Of a stretch of DNA of 64,000 nt, positions 1 through 13,545 are shown piece after piece. Under the pieces are notes generated by a model. It did not search any database. It saw only the letters and a program-made list of their open reading frames with translations, and was not told the origin of the DNA. Source of the stretch: Mobula hypostoma. Its lineage: Eukaryota. Made by a program: the position numbers and the translations under genes. The stretch is from positions 39,124,001-39,188,000 of the forward strand of contig NC_086097.1 in NCBI RefSeq assembly GCF_963921235.1, in the 5' to 3' direction. The stretch's first letter is position 1. Every line of letters starts with the position of its first letter.

Positions 1-1258
1 GCTTATGAAAGTATGTGCTTGGCTCACTTTTAATCATTTTGTATATATAGTTTAAGAGCAGAGAGATTAAATTATTTAGAATTCATCAAAAAAGTTATAA
101 GTCAACATGAATAAAGACTACTAATTTACTATTTATGACAGCTTACTATAGTTTACTGATATCATTTACTGACAAAATAGTCCCAGTGGCTGGTAACTAT
201 GAAATGTTGGACGAAACCTCATCTATGATAGATGTCTATAATATGTTATGCTATTAGAAAACTAATTCTACAGGGAACAGGTATAGAGACACACTAATCT
301 ATTTTTTATTAATTACTGTCAACAGATCTTTCCTGAATTTATATGAACATTTGTTTTTATTTGAAGTGATAATTACTTAATTTCAGCTGATTTGTCAACA
401 AAAAATATGAAAATAAAGAAATCTACAAATAAACAGGATATGTTTTCCTGGATATTTTGCTGTTTTCTAATCGGAACATTAATTACAGATGGATGCCTTA
501 GAATTCTTCACTACACTGATGCAGGATTGTGCATTCTGGGAGAGCAAGTTTGACTTGATCTCTTAAGATCAGGAGCTCTAATTACGTTAGAAGAGAAGAA
601 CCACCTTGTCTAAAATTAATAAGCGTAATCTGTATTATCAGCATTTTTTGGACCAATTTCGGCACATGCAGGGATTTATAACTTTCTTCCCGTATTCTCC
701 ATTGTCCTGTATTTTATGTTGCACATTATCCTCAAAGAACTTGCTAGCTTCTACCTTTGTTATACCCTTCTGACTTTGTATGTTTCGGACAGAGAGTATC
801 ACTTCACAGAAGATGTTGTGCAGAATAGGCTCATTAGACCAGTTTAATTTTTAATATATTTCTGTATGTATCTTGGATTTTTGAATGTATTTTGGATCTT
901 GAAAACCATCAGTTTTTTTTCCCAAAACTCAAATCTTGCTTTCACTATGAGTTGCTTGTATCACTTCTTCCCAATGTTCTCTATTGAAATATTTGCTTAA
1001 CTTTTAGTTTTCTTTTCTGTTTGGCTTAACGTTCTTATACATATGGCCAGGAAGTGTGGTGTAGAATCATTCTCATTCAATGTAGTTACTTCTGCTGTTG
1101 TGACAAATTAATGTGTTTTTACAGCTATTGGTAGATCGCCTGTGTATTCTCACCAATTTATGAAATTAATGATGAAATAATTATCAAGATTATTAGATTT
1201 ATCATTTTAAGCTCTAAAATTGAAGAATAGCCTGAATTATTCTAGATACATGTTAGAT

Positions 1259-1459
1259 TCAAGGAGAGCGTTTCTTTGATGGATCTTTTATTCTTCCAAG
1301 AAAGAGGATGTTGTTTGTATTCTCTTCATAGATGATGAGGAGGAATGGTCTATTGAACCTGATTGAAGAATGAGAGGACAATGGAACAATTTTTACGTCA
1401 GTGACTGCAGCTGCTTCAGTGGCCTTTTCATCGATGTCCAGCGCTGCCTTATGAGTAAC
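1259..1459 (-). CDS. Serpin last coding exon with reactive centre loop
   Basis: Not in the ORF track. Manual translation: VTHKAALDIDEKATEAAAVTDVKIVPLSSHSSIRFNRPFLLIIYEENTNNILFLGRIKDPSKKRSP*; acceptor atttcatcag|GTT. Confidence 0.92.
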   Translation of the reverse strand, partial: VTHKAALDIDEKATEAAAVTDVKIVPLSSHSSIRFNRPFLLIIYEENTNNILFLGRIKDPSKKRSP

Positions 1460-4400
1460 CTGATGAAATGAAATTTTAAAAATAAGTTACATTTCCTATG
1501 GTGAAAATGTGTTGTAACTTAAGATGTGATTTGATTTTGCTGGCTTAAGCCCTTCTCTGATGTTTAGAAAAGGTTTGACATGCAAAGCAATTAGTAATGT
1601 GTAGTAATATAACTTCGTAAAAGAGGCCTTTTAGCTCATAATGCAATCTGCCATATTCCCTGCTTCTCATAAACTTTCTTGGTCTGCTTTTTTTCCCCCG
1701 TGTTTGGTTGGGAATTTCTCAGTGCATTTCCATTTTGACCGACTTAACATTGATGAGTTTTTGTCAAGATAGACCTGGGTAATTTCTGAAATATTTAATT
1801 ATGTTTCCTCTATGAAGGCACATTAACCTAAACTATTCCCATGTTCCAACAAACCTCAGCATAAGTGAAACTCTCATAATGTTGATCTTCACTCGCCATG
1901 ATATTAGCCTGAAATGTCTATGAAAGTGTAAGCATTTCTGCATGAAACTATTAACATTGACATACATTATGTAAGTTTTGTATAATTTATGTTAATTCAA
2001 GTTTATACTCTGTGTATGTATTTCCATGACAACAATAAACTTGTACTTGTACCTTTATCTCTACAGTCAAAACTAGGTACTCCTGCTCAGAGACCCTGCC
2101 CATGAGATGGATGTTATGGGTAGGAGTCCACACAGCTGGTTGCTGCTGTTATTTTGATGGCATTCTGATGCTAGACTTTAATGGAGTGTGAAGTTGTATA
2201 GTTCTGCAGCAATAATGCTGGGGCACATTCAACTACTGCTTTGGTGCAGAAGAGCAACTGCAAGAGACAGAGGTAAGGTAGGCTAGTTACACATCAAATC
2301 AAGGTGAGTGTATCGTCTTATAGACTAGGTACACATGTGCAGTGAAAAGCTCACTTGCGGCAGCATCAAATGCGCGTAGCATCAGATACACCACATTCAC
2401 AGGATAAGACCATAAGATATAGGAGCAGAAGCAGGCCATTTGGCCCATTGAGTCTGCTCCACCATTCAAACAAGGGCTGATCCAATTCTTCCGGTCATCC
2501 CCATACCCTTTGATGCCCTGGCTAATCAAGAACCTGCCTATCTCTGCCATAAATGCACCCAATGACTTGGCCTCCACAGCTGCTCGTGGCAACCCTCTGA
2601 CTAAAGTAATTTTCCGCATCTCTGTTCTAAGTGGAAGTCCTTCAATCCTGAAGTCGTGCCCTCTTGTCCTAGACTCCCCTACCATGGGAAATAACTTTGC
2701 CATATCTAATCTGTTCAGGCCTTTTAACATTTGGAATGTTTCTATGAGATCCCCCCCACATTCTCTTTAACTCCCCCCTCATTCTCCTGAACTCCAGGGA
2801 ATACAGCCCAAGAGCTGCCAGACGTTCCTCATACGGTAACCCTTTCATTCCTGGAATCATTCTCGTGAATCTTCTCTGAACCCTCTCCAATGTTAGTATA
2901 TCCTTTCTAAAATAAGGAACCCAAAACTGCACACAAGGCTCCAAGTATTGCCAACTGATTAAACAGAAAAGCATAAAGTAAATATGAATTACATTGGAAA
3001 CAATCCCAAAGTCCATTGTTGTGCAAAGTGGTTATCATGTTGCCAGACTAGGTAGTACTTAGGGTTGTACAAGTTGGTTCAAGAACTCAGTGATCAACGA
3101 GAAGTAGCTGTGCGCCTCAGGCTCTGTACCTTCTGCCTGATGGTAGCTGTCAGAAGAGGGCACGGCCTGGATGGTGGGGTTCTTTGATGTTAGATGTTGC
3201 TTTCTTATATTTTTGATGGCGGGAAGGATATACCCATGATGTATGTATACTACTCTCTGCAGCTTGTACATCAAATTGCCATACCAGACCATAATGCAAC
3301 CGTTTTGGACACTTTTAGCAGTGAATCTGTTGAGGTTTGTTAGAGCATTTGGTGACATGCTGAACCACGTAAACTTTCTCAGAAACTGGTGTGCCTTCCT
3401 TGTGATTTCATCAGTGTGCTGGCTTTGATTTAATTGAGCTAATTTAAATAGATTTAATTACTAATAGTTCTTTAAGTTTTTGGATACATTTGCATGTTTA
3501 TGTATGGCACCAACCTACACAGTCAGCCTCTTTAAGGAAACACCAGGTCAATATATTATTGACTTTCTACTAATTCTGCCATAACAGGAAATAACTTTTC
3601 CTATTCCCCATTGAAATCCCTTAGAATTCAGTGGGTGGTGAACCTTGTATTCTCCATCATAAAGGTCTATAGAATCTAAGCGTAACTTGATTCAAAGTAC
3701 GTATATGTCACTATATATACAGTTTTAATGTAACTAATATCTCCTAATCTATTTTCAACCAAGTTGAAAATAGATGCCTTCAAGTGCAGTCGCTGCAGCC
3801 GAGACTGTCACTCCCGTGTGGGCCTCTACAGCCACAACAGACGCTGCTCTAACACAGACTGAAGCAAGACCTTCCAGGCGCAGATCCATGGTCTTGCGAG
3901 ACTAATGGATGCCACCATGTAACATCACTGGAACTACAACATCTCAAGTGTCTCCTCATTGGTCATCTTGCAGCAGCCCATCAAGTGAGGCAATACCTTT
4001 CCCAGAATAAGAAGATAGGGTCAATGATTGACTCTCCTATTGGTTTGGCCAGGGTGTGTTTGGCAGAATTTTTCTACCAGGTATGGTCTTTTTAATCAGT
4101 TGGCTATTGGGTCACAGCAATAGTGTTCCCACTGTTCGGAAGGAGGCTCGTAATTAACTTAACACATCATCTTTGCAGAATTTCTTTTGAGTGTGTAGCA
4201 CTTAATTATTAGGTTCTCCTCCCATCTCTTTGTTTCCTTAATCTTTCCTTTGATCTTGCACTTTTATAATGAAAGATGCTAATGTAGGGAAAGTACACAT
4301 ATTGCGGATGTGCAATGAGATAGTTTGATTGGAAATACACGGTGTATGCCTCATCTTTTGAAAATGTACCCCAAGAGTATCAGTGCTATGACTCTGTCTA

Positions 4401-7400
4401 TGATATGAATTCCTTTTCAACAATAAGACACTTAAAACAGGGAAAAAATAATCTATAGATCACTTGTAAGTTCCCCTCCCAGCCACAAACCATTTAGAAT
4501 TTAAAACACACGCAAAGTGCTGGAGGAACTCAGCAGGTCAGGCAGCATTCATAGAAATGAATAACCAGTCAACGTTTCAGGCTGAGACCCTTCATCAGGA
4601 CTGAGTTGAATTGGCTCTAGCTGGGTTGAATAAATCTAATTAAACATACAAAGTTCTGACAGGTTTAGACATACTGGAGATGGGGAGAAGGTGGTGGGTC
4701 TCGGAGGCAGATTCTCAGTTTCTAGAACAAGAGATTTAGGACTGAGATACACAGTTCTTCACTCAGAGGATGGTGTACCTGTGAAATACTGTACCACAGA
4801 GTGTTATAGAGGCCAAGTCACTCCATTTTTTTAAGAATATTGAAAAAAATTCTAGACTCATGAGTGCTATAGGGAGAGAACAGGAATTTTGTATTGAGAT
4901 TGATGATTAGCCATGATTATACTTAGCGGCTCTTGCTCCTGTATTTTGGACAGCTGTGCACAGGGCATTAGTCCAGATGAGCCAACAAGTTATTGACGCT
5001 TCTGGCTGAAAGAGGGTCTCGGCCTGAAATGTCTTCTGTTCATTTCCGTTCATAGATGTTTCCTGACCTGCTGAGTTCTTCCAGCATTTTGCCCGTGTTG
5101 CTCAAGATGTCCAGCATCTGCAGAACTCCTGTATCTCTTCTTCTTTTCTTTGCAAACGTTAGCCTTCCTAATAATGCTCGCACGCAAGGAATGAATGAAA
5201 AGAAAACTGAGACAGGAGCCAGAAGCATTGATAACTTTTTGGCTCATTTGGACTGCTGCCCAGTACAGTGCTGTCCAGAAATACAAACTGAAGTCATCAC
5301 TGGGGCACCTCTAGTAGCAGCGGTGTCACATTGTGTATTTCTTACACCTCAATGGTGTATGCTTAAAATAGCAGCCCTTTAATATACTGGAGTCAAAATA
5401 GAGCTATGCTCAAGTTTGGAGTTTATATTTAGCACTTCCTTCTCTAAATCTCACTCTTTTGGGCAGATTAAAGAGAGACTTAATTTTTTTAAAAATCTCG
5501 AATAGCTCAATAGGTTTATCATCAGTAACTGAAATAGCAACACTCTGAATTAACAGGCAGCTTTATATCCCTTCAAATGCTGAGATTGACCAGTAGCTCT
5601 CAGTTACAACAATATCTTCTATTGACCAACAGCTCCCTGTCATTGCAATGTCCTGAAATGGTAAGCGACTCCTCGTCCCTCCATTGCCCTGAATAATTAG
5701 GCAGCATCCAGTCCTTGCAGTTTCGGAAACAGACGGGCAGTTTGAAATGCCCCGGAACTAACAAGTAGCTCCCAGTTTCTCAAAAATGCCATCAGATTTA
5801 AGACAGTTTCCCGGGACCAGCGATTTCCAGAACTGAATTAATAACAAACCCCAAATTCCACCTGGGTAGCCTACAACCCAATGGTATGAAAGCTGAACTT
5901 TCTAATTTCAGATAATCCTTAACCAATAATCTCTCCCCTCCCCTCTCACCCCTCCTCTCTCTCTCTCTTCTCTCTTCTCTCTTCTTTCTCTTTCTCCTTC
6001 TGATCCACCCTTACTCCTCCCACTACAGTTCCCTATCCCATCCACAGCACCCCCGCTCATCACTCATTTTCATTCCACTCATGGTTTCATCCACCTGCCG
6101 CCCCCATCTGAATGCATCTGCCCAGTACTCACTTATCACCTTCTTTTCAGATTCCAGCACTTGTAGCCTTTGTGTCCCTGCTCATCACCATCCAGCTAAT
6201 GTCTCCACATTTACCCACCCCCTCCTTTTTCCTCCCCATCTACTTCCACCTGTAATCCATCGGCCTCTGTCTCCCAACTCTACCCCGCTGCCTTCCCCAC
6301 TCAATTTCATCTACCCATCATTCCTCACCGCTCCACACCAATCACCTATTGGCCCAGTCTTACCCCATTCTCCCACTCATCCTTTTACTATCTTCTGTTC
6401 ACACTCTTGGGCTTAATGCAGAGACCTGATTTGAAACATCAATAGTTGCTTTCCCCTGCAGATGCGACTCAACCCACTGAAATGCTCCAGCAATTTGCTT
6501 TTTGCCCCAGAATTGACAGTACCGTATTGTTGCCTTTCATTGTTTATTCCTGAAGTTAATCCACTCAGATCATTTTTCCCCAAGGCCAAGAAGCGCTCTG
6601 CTTGACTTCAATTGTTCAACACTGAAATGGAACAAAATATCAGGATAAAACAAATCCAACAACTTACCTTTGAAACTCTCATATTTTCATTTTCACTTAT
6701 TCCAAGCAGATTGGCATTGGGTGTAAATAAATCTCTTATACCCATTTCCGTGAGAGTATGTTCCAATTCATACAACTCTGACAATGATAGTTTTGGAAAG
6801 AAGATCCTTTGGCGTTCCCTGTTCCACAAAATATCGAACAAGGGAGAAAGAAAACATACATTATTTTCTATCAAACTGCAGTTTTACAGGTATGATAAAT
6901 TAAACTGACTTTTGGGAATTAGTTTTTAATTACTTGTTGTTAGACAATTTTTGACGCCACTCTTCAAATTTTTCTCTGGAAAGATTTTGTTCCACATATT
7001 CTAGTTGTGCTTCTGCTGGCAGGATGGCAATCATGGACGCATTTCCAAAATAAGGAAGTTTGATTACAATGCTGGAAAGTTCATAGTCGTTTATCTTATT
7101 TAACTGACTCTCCTGGAACATCAGTTGAATCTTTACCTTTGTGGTTTTATTTACATTAAAAATTGCTTCTTGAGTATGCGCTGTATCAAATGGTTCCTTC
7201 CATTTTCCTGTCAGACATAAATAAAACAGAGTTCTCAGTGACTGATCCGAAAAGCATGAGAGTTTTCTTTTTGAGGGAAGCAACAGAAAGGCAATTATTG
7301 ACCAATGTTCCTGACCTCAGTGGTTGGGAAGATGTTGGAGTCAATTGTTAAGCATGAGGTTATCGAGTACTCGGTGACACAGGACAAGATAGGACAAAGT

Positions 7401-9790
7401 CAGCATGGTTTCCTTAAGGGAAAATCTTGCCTGACGAACCTATTAGAATTCTTTGAGGAGATTACAAGTAGTATAGATAAAGGGGATGTACTGGATGTTG
7501 TATATTTGGATTTTCAGAAGGCCTTTGATGAGATGATGTACATGAAGCTGCTTACTAAGTTAATAGCCAATGGTATTACAGGAAAGTTACAAACATGGTT
7601 AGAATATTGGTTGATTAGTAGGAGACAGTGAATGAGAATAAGAGGATCCTTTTCTGGTTGACTACCAGTGACTAGTGGTGTTCTGCAGAGGTTGGTGTTG
7701 GGACCACTTCTCTTTATGCTGTATATCAATGATTTAGGTGATGGAACAGATAGCTTTGTTGCCAGGTTTGCAAATGATAAGAAGATTGGTGGAGGGACAT
7801 GTAGAGTTGAGGAAATAGGAAGGCTGCAGAAAGACTTAGACAGATTAGGAGATCTGACATTGTGCAATGACCTGGTTGTTGATAGAAAATGGAATAGGAT
7901 TGGACTCTATCATGGCTCCATTTGTTGGAAAAGATGTCAAGAATTAAAAGGTAGAACTGTAATGGTTAGTAATTTATGCTGTTTGTACATTAGCTCAAGT
8001 TTGATTGTTACACAGCATATGCATGGCTGAAAGGATTTGCGTGGGAGAGAGGCATTTCGATTGACCATCTCTTGCATCTTTTATTGGGGGAATTAAGGAA
8101 CTACTCCTTTAAGAATGGCTTGGCTGAACTTGGGCTGGATCTATTATACTTGCAAGTTGAATAATAAGTATTGTAGTCAGGATGGGGGTGGGAAAGGTGA
8201 GAAGGTAGAGTTTCAAAGAAAAAAGTCGAAAGCCGATTTAGGAATTTGGTTATTAAAGGGGCATAATAGTAAAGGGATGTAAAGTATTTAACCCACATCT
8301 TTAGTAATAGAAGAGTGACCCTGCCAGTTAGGTGTGGGGCAGTCAGGGTCTGACTCAGCAATAGTTGGGTGTATTAAGGGAAGACAGGAGGATGAATACT
8401 GGGCCCTGGTGGAGGACTTTGTTAAATGGTGCAAGCTGAATCATCAGCTCAAAATCAGTAAGACAAAGAAGATGGTGATGGACTTTAGGAAGACTAAGCC
8501 TGCACTGTTCCCTGTTACTATTGATAGTGAGGATGTGGATGTGGTGAGGAGCTCAAGTACCTGGGGTGCACCTGGGTGACAGACTTGAGTGGAGCACCAA
8601 AACAAAGGCTGTGTACAAGAAGGGCCAGAGTTGCCTCTAACACACTGGAGGCTGTGGTAGAACATAGGACCCTATGGAAAATCCTGGCAATTCTGGACAA
8701 TGTTTCTCACCCTCTGTATGCCACCTTGGCTGAACAAAGGAGTACTTTTTGTAATCGACTAAGACATATATGCTGCTGCAAAGAGTGCAGTATGAGGTCA
8801 TTCTTACCCTCATCCTTTAAGCTCTATAATGAGTCAACCTATAGCTGGGAAGTGATGACCCCCTTCCTATTCGATTGTTTGAGTTAGCTTATTTTTCATT
8901 CTTTCTACTTCTCTTCTAATATTTATATCTGGGCACTTGTAATGCTACTTTGACACTGTAGTTTCCTTTGGGATCAATAAAGTATCTATCTATTTATCCA
9001 ACTATCAATCACTCCATGGTTGGAATTATTGAGCAGATTTTGTTGCCTGAAATTTCTGTATCAAATTTCTAATAAAATTATTTATAATGGTTATATTGTA
9101 ATGTAAAAGAACTTCTGAAAGTATAGTTAACAAATGGCATGTATAATATTAAAATACTATATTTGACTTACCTTTAAAAAAGATGTAGTTAATAAGCAAT
9201 AGTTTAGTTGAAGGGTTAATTGTGGAAAACATCTCTTTAATTTTCCCCTTTGTCTTCTTTTTAAGGTAATCATTCAATTGTTGTCTGGCATTCTGAGGAT
9301 CATCCTTAAAATCTAAGGTAAAGACTTCTGCATTGTAAAACTTCTTGGTTTCATTTATAAACCTTGGTAATACATCAAATCCCTTTTGAATATGAAGAGA
9401 GTTTCCTATAAGCAACTGCATCTCTCTGTTTTCTGCAGTCAGGGCCTGTAGGAGTTGCTGGTATCCTCTGCTCATTTGTATTATTCGTTCCTGTGTTATA
9501 TTTTTAAAGTGAAGTACCTTTAAAAGCTGTTTTTGAGTTGCCGACCTGGTTCCCAGAGACAGCATGGCTAAAGCCGTGGAAATGCTCAAAGGTGAGAGGA
9601 GGATATTTGAGGAGCTCCGGTTAGCAACTTCCTTATAGAGACTGAAAGCAAAATCGACATTTGCTGAAGAAACTTCACCATGTCCCTGAATATTTTCTTC
9701 ATAATTCTCATGACGTTTCTTCTTTACTGTAGAAGCTCCTGTCCCAGTTAATAAGGTAATGATTAACGGCAAAATCACTAATGGCATCAT
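1259..9790 (-). CDS. Clade A serpin (alpha-1-antitrypsin-like), complete spliced CDS: exons 9172-9790, 6934-7207, 6668-6818, 1259-1459 (1245 nt, 414 aa)
   Basis: Signal peptide MMPLVILPLIITLLTGTG; serpin motifs NVDFAFSLYK, NILLSPLSISTAL, LLINYIFFKG-KWKEPF, FNRPFL, LFLGRI. All introns are GT-AG with phases 1, 2, 0, the pattern of the alpha-1-antitrypsin gene group, and the frame is continuous across all joins. Confidence 0.93.
2405..2945 (-). mobile_element. CR1 LINE, 3' fragment
   Basis: [37 protein letters not shown]; short tandem tail. Confidence 0.88.
3770..3918 (+). mobile_element. RTE/BovB-like LINE, extreme 3' end
   Basis: C2H2-like FKCSRCSRDCHSRVGLYSHNRRC followed by a stop and the 3' UTR CCATGGTCTTGCGAGACTAATGGATGCC. 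Confidence 0.7.
4566..4603 (-). ncRNA. Minimal type I hammerhead ribozyme motif (serpin intron, sense to the serpin)
   Basis: CAGUC-CUGAUGA-AGG(gucucag)CCU-GAAA-CGUU-GACUG. Confidence 0.72.
5545..5835 (+). repeat. Highly diverged tandem repeat, period about 36 bp
   Basis: Recurring (T)GAA.TRAC.RGYAGCTCCCAGT motif near 5547, 5584, 5620, 5657, 5693, 5727 and 5757. Confidence 0.5.
5936..6000 (+). repeat. (CT)n / pyrimidine-rich simple repeat within an old PLE 3' end (about 5870-6510)
   Basis: Directly visible. Confidence 0.75.
6668..6818 (-). CDS. Serpin coding exon 3
   Basis: ERQRIFFPKLSLS...MGIRDLFTPNANLLGIS...VSK; acceptor ggaacag|G; donor AAG|GTAAGT. Confidence 0.9.
6934..7207 (-). CDS. 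Serpin coding exon 2
   Basis: GKWKEPFD...LPYFGNASMIAILP...; acceptor gtctgacag|GA; donor AA|GTAATT. Confidence 0.9.
7290..7855 (+). mobile_element. CR1 RT fragment in serpin intron
   Basis: SQHGFLKGKSCLTNLLEFFE, VYLDFQKAFD, SGVLQRLVLGP. Confidence 0.88.
8300..9000 (+). mobile_element. Rex1/Babar-type LINE, 3' fragment
   Basis: LKISKTKKMVMDFRK, ILDNVSHPL; AATAAA(GTATCTATCTAT) tail. Confidence 0.8.
9172..9790 (-). CDS. Serpin coding exon 1 (acceptor upstream of the ATG, exon starts at 9809)
   Basis: ORF 9149..9790; donor AAAG|GTAAGT at 9172/9171; acceptor ttttatttgaaatag|G at 9810/9809. Confidence 0.93.
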
Positions 9791-12129
9791 AGTTTTCTCC
9801 AGTTGATTCCTATTTCAAATAAAAGGAAATTTGATTATTTTAATATATTTTCTTCTGCCTTCTTTGTAAATTATATTTCTTGGATTGTGTTTAAATTATA
9901 TTTCTTAGATTATGTTATGAAATTTGTCATTTTGCATCAGTAGTACAGTGCAAAAAATACATTACAATAAGAAATATAAAAAGTAGTGCATAAAGAGAAC
10001 AACATAGTGATATAGTGCTTATGGTTCATTGATAGTTCAGAAATCTGATGGCAGAGGGGAAGATGCTGTTCCTGAAACATTGACTGTGTGTCTTCAGGTA
10101 CCCATACCTCTCTCCCGATGGTATTAATCAGAAGATAGCATGCTGTGGATGGTGAGGTTCTTAATGCCATTGTTAACCTGCCTTGTGGCTAAAGTGATCT
10201 CATTCATCTTGGCATTGGTTTAAGTGGGTGGGTAGGTGGTGAGCAATGGTTGAAGTGTTCCTAGCGGCTAGTGTGCTCTGCCCATGAGTGGTCTCATCTT
10301 AATCTCCATTTTAATCATTTTGTCAAAAAATACACTGTTTTATTTTAATTTATTGTTTCAATATATTGATACCATTTAGAAGTAACTAACAAGGGCCTTT
10401 GACAGCACAAGGTCTCAAAAGGCCATCGTGACATTTCAGGGGTAGAGTTTCAGGATCCACCATCTGAGGCCCAGTTGCTGCTCACAGATCATTCCATTAT
10501 TCCATTGAAGGAAAGCCCTCAAGATTTTCAAGGGAACCACATGGCTGCTAAAAGTAAGTGGATTTGCAGGACATGCAGGAATGGAGTATTCAAGCAAGGG
10601 CTAGAGCAAGTATGATCCAGACCACCAACATCATGCAAATTAGCAGGCTACTGAGGTGAGGAAGAGATGCTTTGTGAAATGTGATTCACCACAAATTGCT
10701 GAGTAACTTATAATTCAAAATCAGCATTTTATTCTGATTCTTCAGTGGATCTCAAATTCTATTAGATTCCTTCCACATTCACCCTTTACCTCTTCCACCT
10801 ATTCTCTCCCAGCTTCTCACTTCATCCCCCTCATCTATCACCTGCCAGTTTGAACTCCTTCCCCTCCCCTCCCACATCTTCTTATTCCAGCTTCTTTCCC
10901 CTTATGATAAAGGATCATTATTTCCCTCCATAGATGTTGTCTGAATTGTTGAGTTCTTCCAGCATTTTATATGTGTTGTTCAAGATTTCCAGCATCTGCA
11001 GAATCTCTTGTGTTTATAAACAGTAAATGTATTATTCTAAAAGGGTTATAAATGTGAATGCGCAGGCAATCAGTTACTTTTTCAAAAAGGGAACATGTAC
11101 AAATATATGATTTTAATCTTTAAGATTGTGAAATGCTTTAGAATATTTTGAAACATCAGAATTTAAATTTAACTCTTGTTTTCTTACTTCACTGACTTAG
11201 TCAACTTTCATTATTTATCTTTCTCTGCCTAATTTAACATTGAAGCCTTGTGCTCTAATCACCTTTCATTTATTGCTACACTACCTCTCAATACTTAAAT
11301 CCCACTCAAATACATCCTTAGTTGTGATTCACCGTCTAGAATTTCCCCATTGTCTATACTGTACATTGGCAATTGGATTTCCAGCAATTCTATCAGTAAC
11401 ACAGTCTGTTGCTCTGTTTGAGTAACACCTAGCCCAATTAGTAAGATTCTGTACTCCACGGTTGCAAAGGATGCAGAATTACCATGTTCTATCTCAGTCT
11501 TCATACTGTACATCCTAAAAGTGTGGGTCCTAAACTTACTCTGTTCAACTGGATGCAGGATACATTCAATCTCCATTACTTCCCCAGTAAGCTGTGAAAC
11601 AAAAACTACAAAGTGGGAAAAAAACACCCTTAGTCGTAAGATCCAATTCAATATCTCAGTGCAACCTAACATCAAACCACCGATGACATACTCACACAAA
11701 CACACACCATTTTTCACACGATGGCATTCATTTTTCTCCCATTGCATGATAAATTCAATTAAACAAATAGTTGGGGCAGAGTATGATGACAACCCTATTC
11801 GCCATCCTGTAGTTTTGCAGCTCATGGTATCATTTTTGGAATTTCTTTAAACTGTTTCTGCTCATGATTATCAAATCATGAACACTTGCTTTGGACAATT
11901 TTTTTGCATACCTGAAATATCGCCTTCTGTTTAGTGAAGTAAATAAGCACAAATTCTTGCATAGATTGATTAAAAATGATTTTTGAATGATTAGCTCTAA
12001 ACTGAGCGAATCAATGATTATGATTCCCAATAATATGAACAATATTCATTTTAAAGCTGTTCAAAAATAACTCTTCATAACTTCTTGAAATAAACCACTG
12101 CTCAACAAAATATTTTACTGATACTTTAC

Positions 12130-12360
12130 CAATAGTTTCCAGGTCCACCTTTTAGCTATTCTTCTCAGAGCCAATGTGGTATTTGTGATTTCTCGCTCTC
12201 TTGTTTTTAATTTAAATATATAAACAGTTGTGAAATAGTTAGACTTTAGGGTCTTGGTAGGGAGGTCACTGATAGAAAGTCAACAGTAATGTTATTTACT
12301 TGATACACATGCCTAGTTTGCAAAACCTCTTTTTTTCTATTAATTATTAATGTTTAACTT
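12130..12360 (-). promoter_or_regulatory. Putative non-coding first exon and promoter of the serpin
   Basis: Minus-strand donor TTG|GTAAAGT at 12130/12129, TATA-like TATATTTAAA near 12211-12220, and an HNF1-like ATTAATGTTTAAC near 12346-12358. Clade A serpin genes usually have a non-coding exon 1. Inference only. Confidence 0.4.
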
Positions 12361-12489
12361 TGTTATTTAAATGGAATCACATTGCTGAACTTTTGGAAAA
12401 GAATTACGATAATTTATTTCTTACATTGGAAAATATTTTGTTTTAATCGCGTATAATTTTTTTGTTAGAAAATCTTAATCAGAAAATTC

Positions 12490-13545
12490 TTCAAGTTTTT
12501 TAAAGACTGGTCAAGGAGGTTCAATTGCTTGGCATTCCGGATGAGGTAGTAAATTGGATTCGATATTGGCTTAGTGGGAGAAGCCCGAGAGTGGTGGTAG
12601 GTGGTTGCCTCTCTGACTGCAGGTCTGTGACTAGTGGTGTGCTGCAGGAATTGGTGCTGGGCCCATTATTGTTTGCCTTCAATATGAACGATCTGGAGTG
12701 ATTATGTGGTAAACTGGAACAGCAAATTTGTGAATGACACCAAGTGGACACCATAGTGGACAGCAAGAAAGGCTAACAAAGCCTGCAGGGTGAACTGGAC
12801 CAGGTAGTGAAAAGTGACAGATGGAATTTAATGCTGACAAATGTGAAGAGTTGCTCTTTTGGAGGACAAACCAGGGTAGGACTTACCCAGTGAACAGGAG
12901 GGCACTCTTGGAATACAGATTCCTAATTCCTTGCAAGTGGTGTCACGGGTAGATAGGGTGGTAAGTAGAGCTTTTAGTACATTGGTCTTCATAAATTAAA
13001 GTACTGAGTACAAGAGTGGGGATGTTATGTTATAGGGCATTGGTGAGGCTTAATTTGGAGTATTATGTGCAGTTCTGATCACCTACCTACAAGGGTATTG
13101 TCCCAACTTCAGGACCTGAGTTATAGGAATGGATTAGGACTTTATTCTTTGGAGTGTAGGAGAATGAGGGGAGATTTGATTGAGGTATACAAAATTATGA
13201 GGAGTATAGATTGGGTAAATGCAAACAGGCTTTTTTTCCATGGAGGTGTGACTAGAACTAGAGCTGATTGGTTAAGGGTGAAAGATGAAATATTTAAGGG
13301 GAACCTGAGGAGGAATTCCTTCATTCAGAGGGTGGTGAGAGCGTGGAACGAGCTGCCAGTGGAAGTGGTGGATGCAGCTTCAATTTCAACACTTAAGAGT
13401 AATTTGGATAGGTACAGGGATGGGAGGGGGTGGATGCTACAGTCCGGGTGTGGATCGATGGGGCTAGGTAGAATAATAGTTCAACACAGACTAGGTGGGC
13501 CTAAAAGCCTGTTTCTGTGCTGCAGTGCTCTATGACTCTCTGACC
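12490..13545 (+). mobile_element. Decayed CR1 LINE, 3' fragment
   Basis: LYSLECRRMRGDLIEVYKIM, FIQRVVRAWNELP; CTCTATGACTCT tail. Confidence 0.85.

Noticed and set aside
11295..12042. 176-aa, 109-aa and 70-aa ORFs in the serpin 5' intron
   Set aside because: No recognisable domain or splice support; likely chance ORFs.
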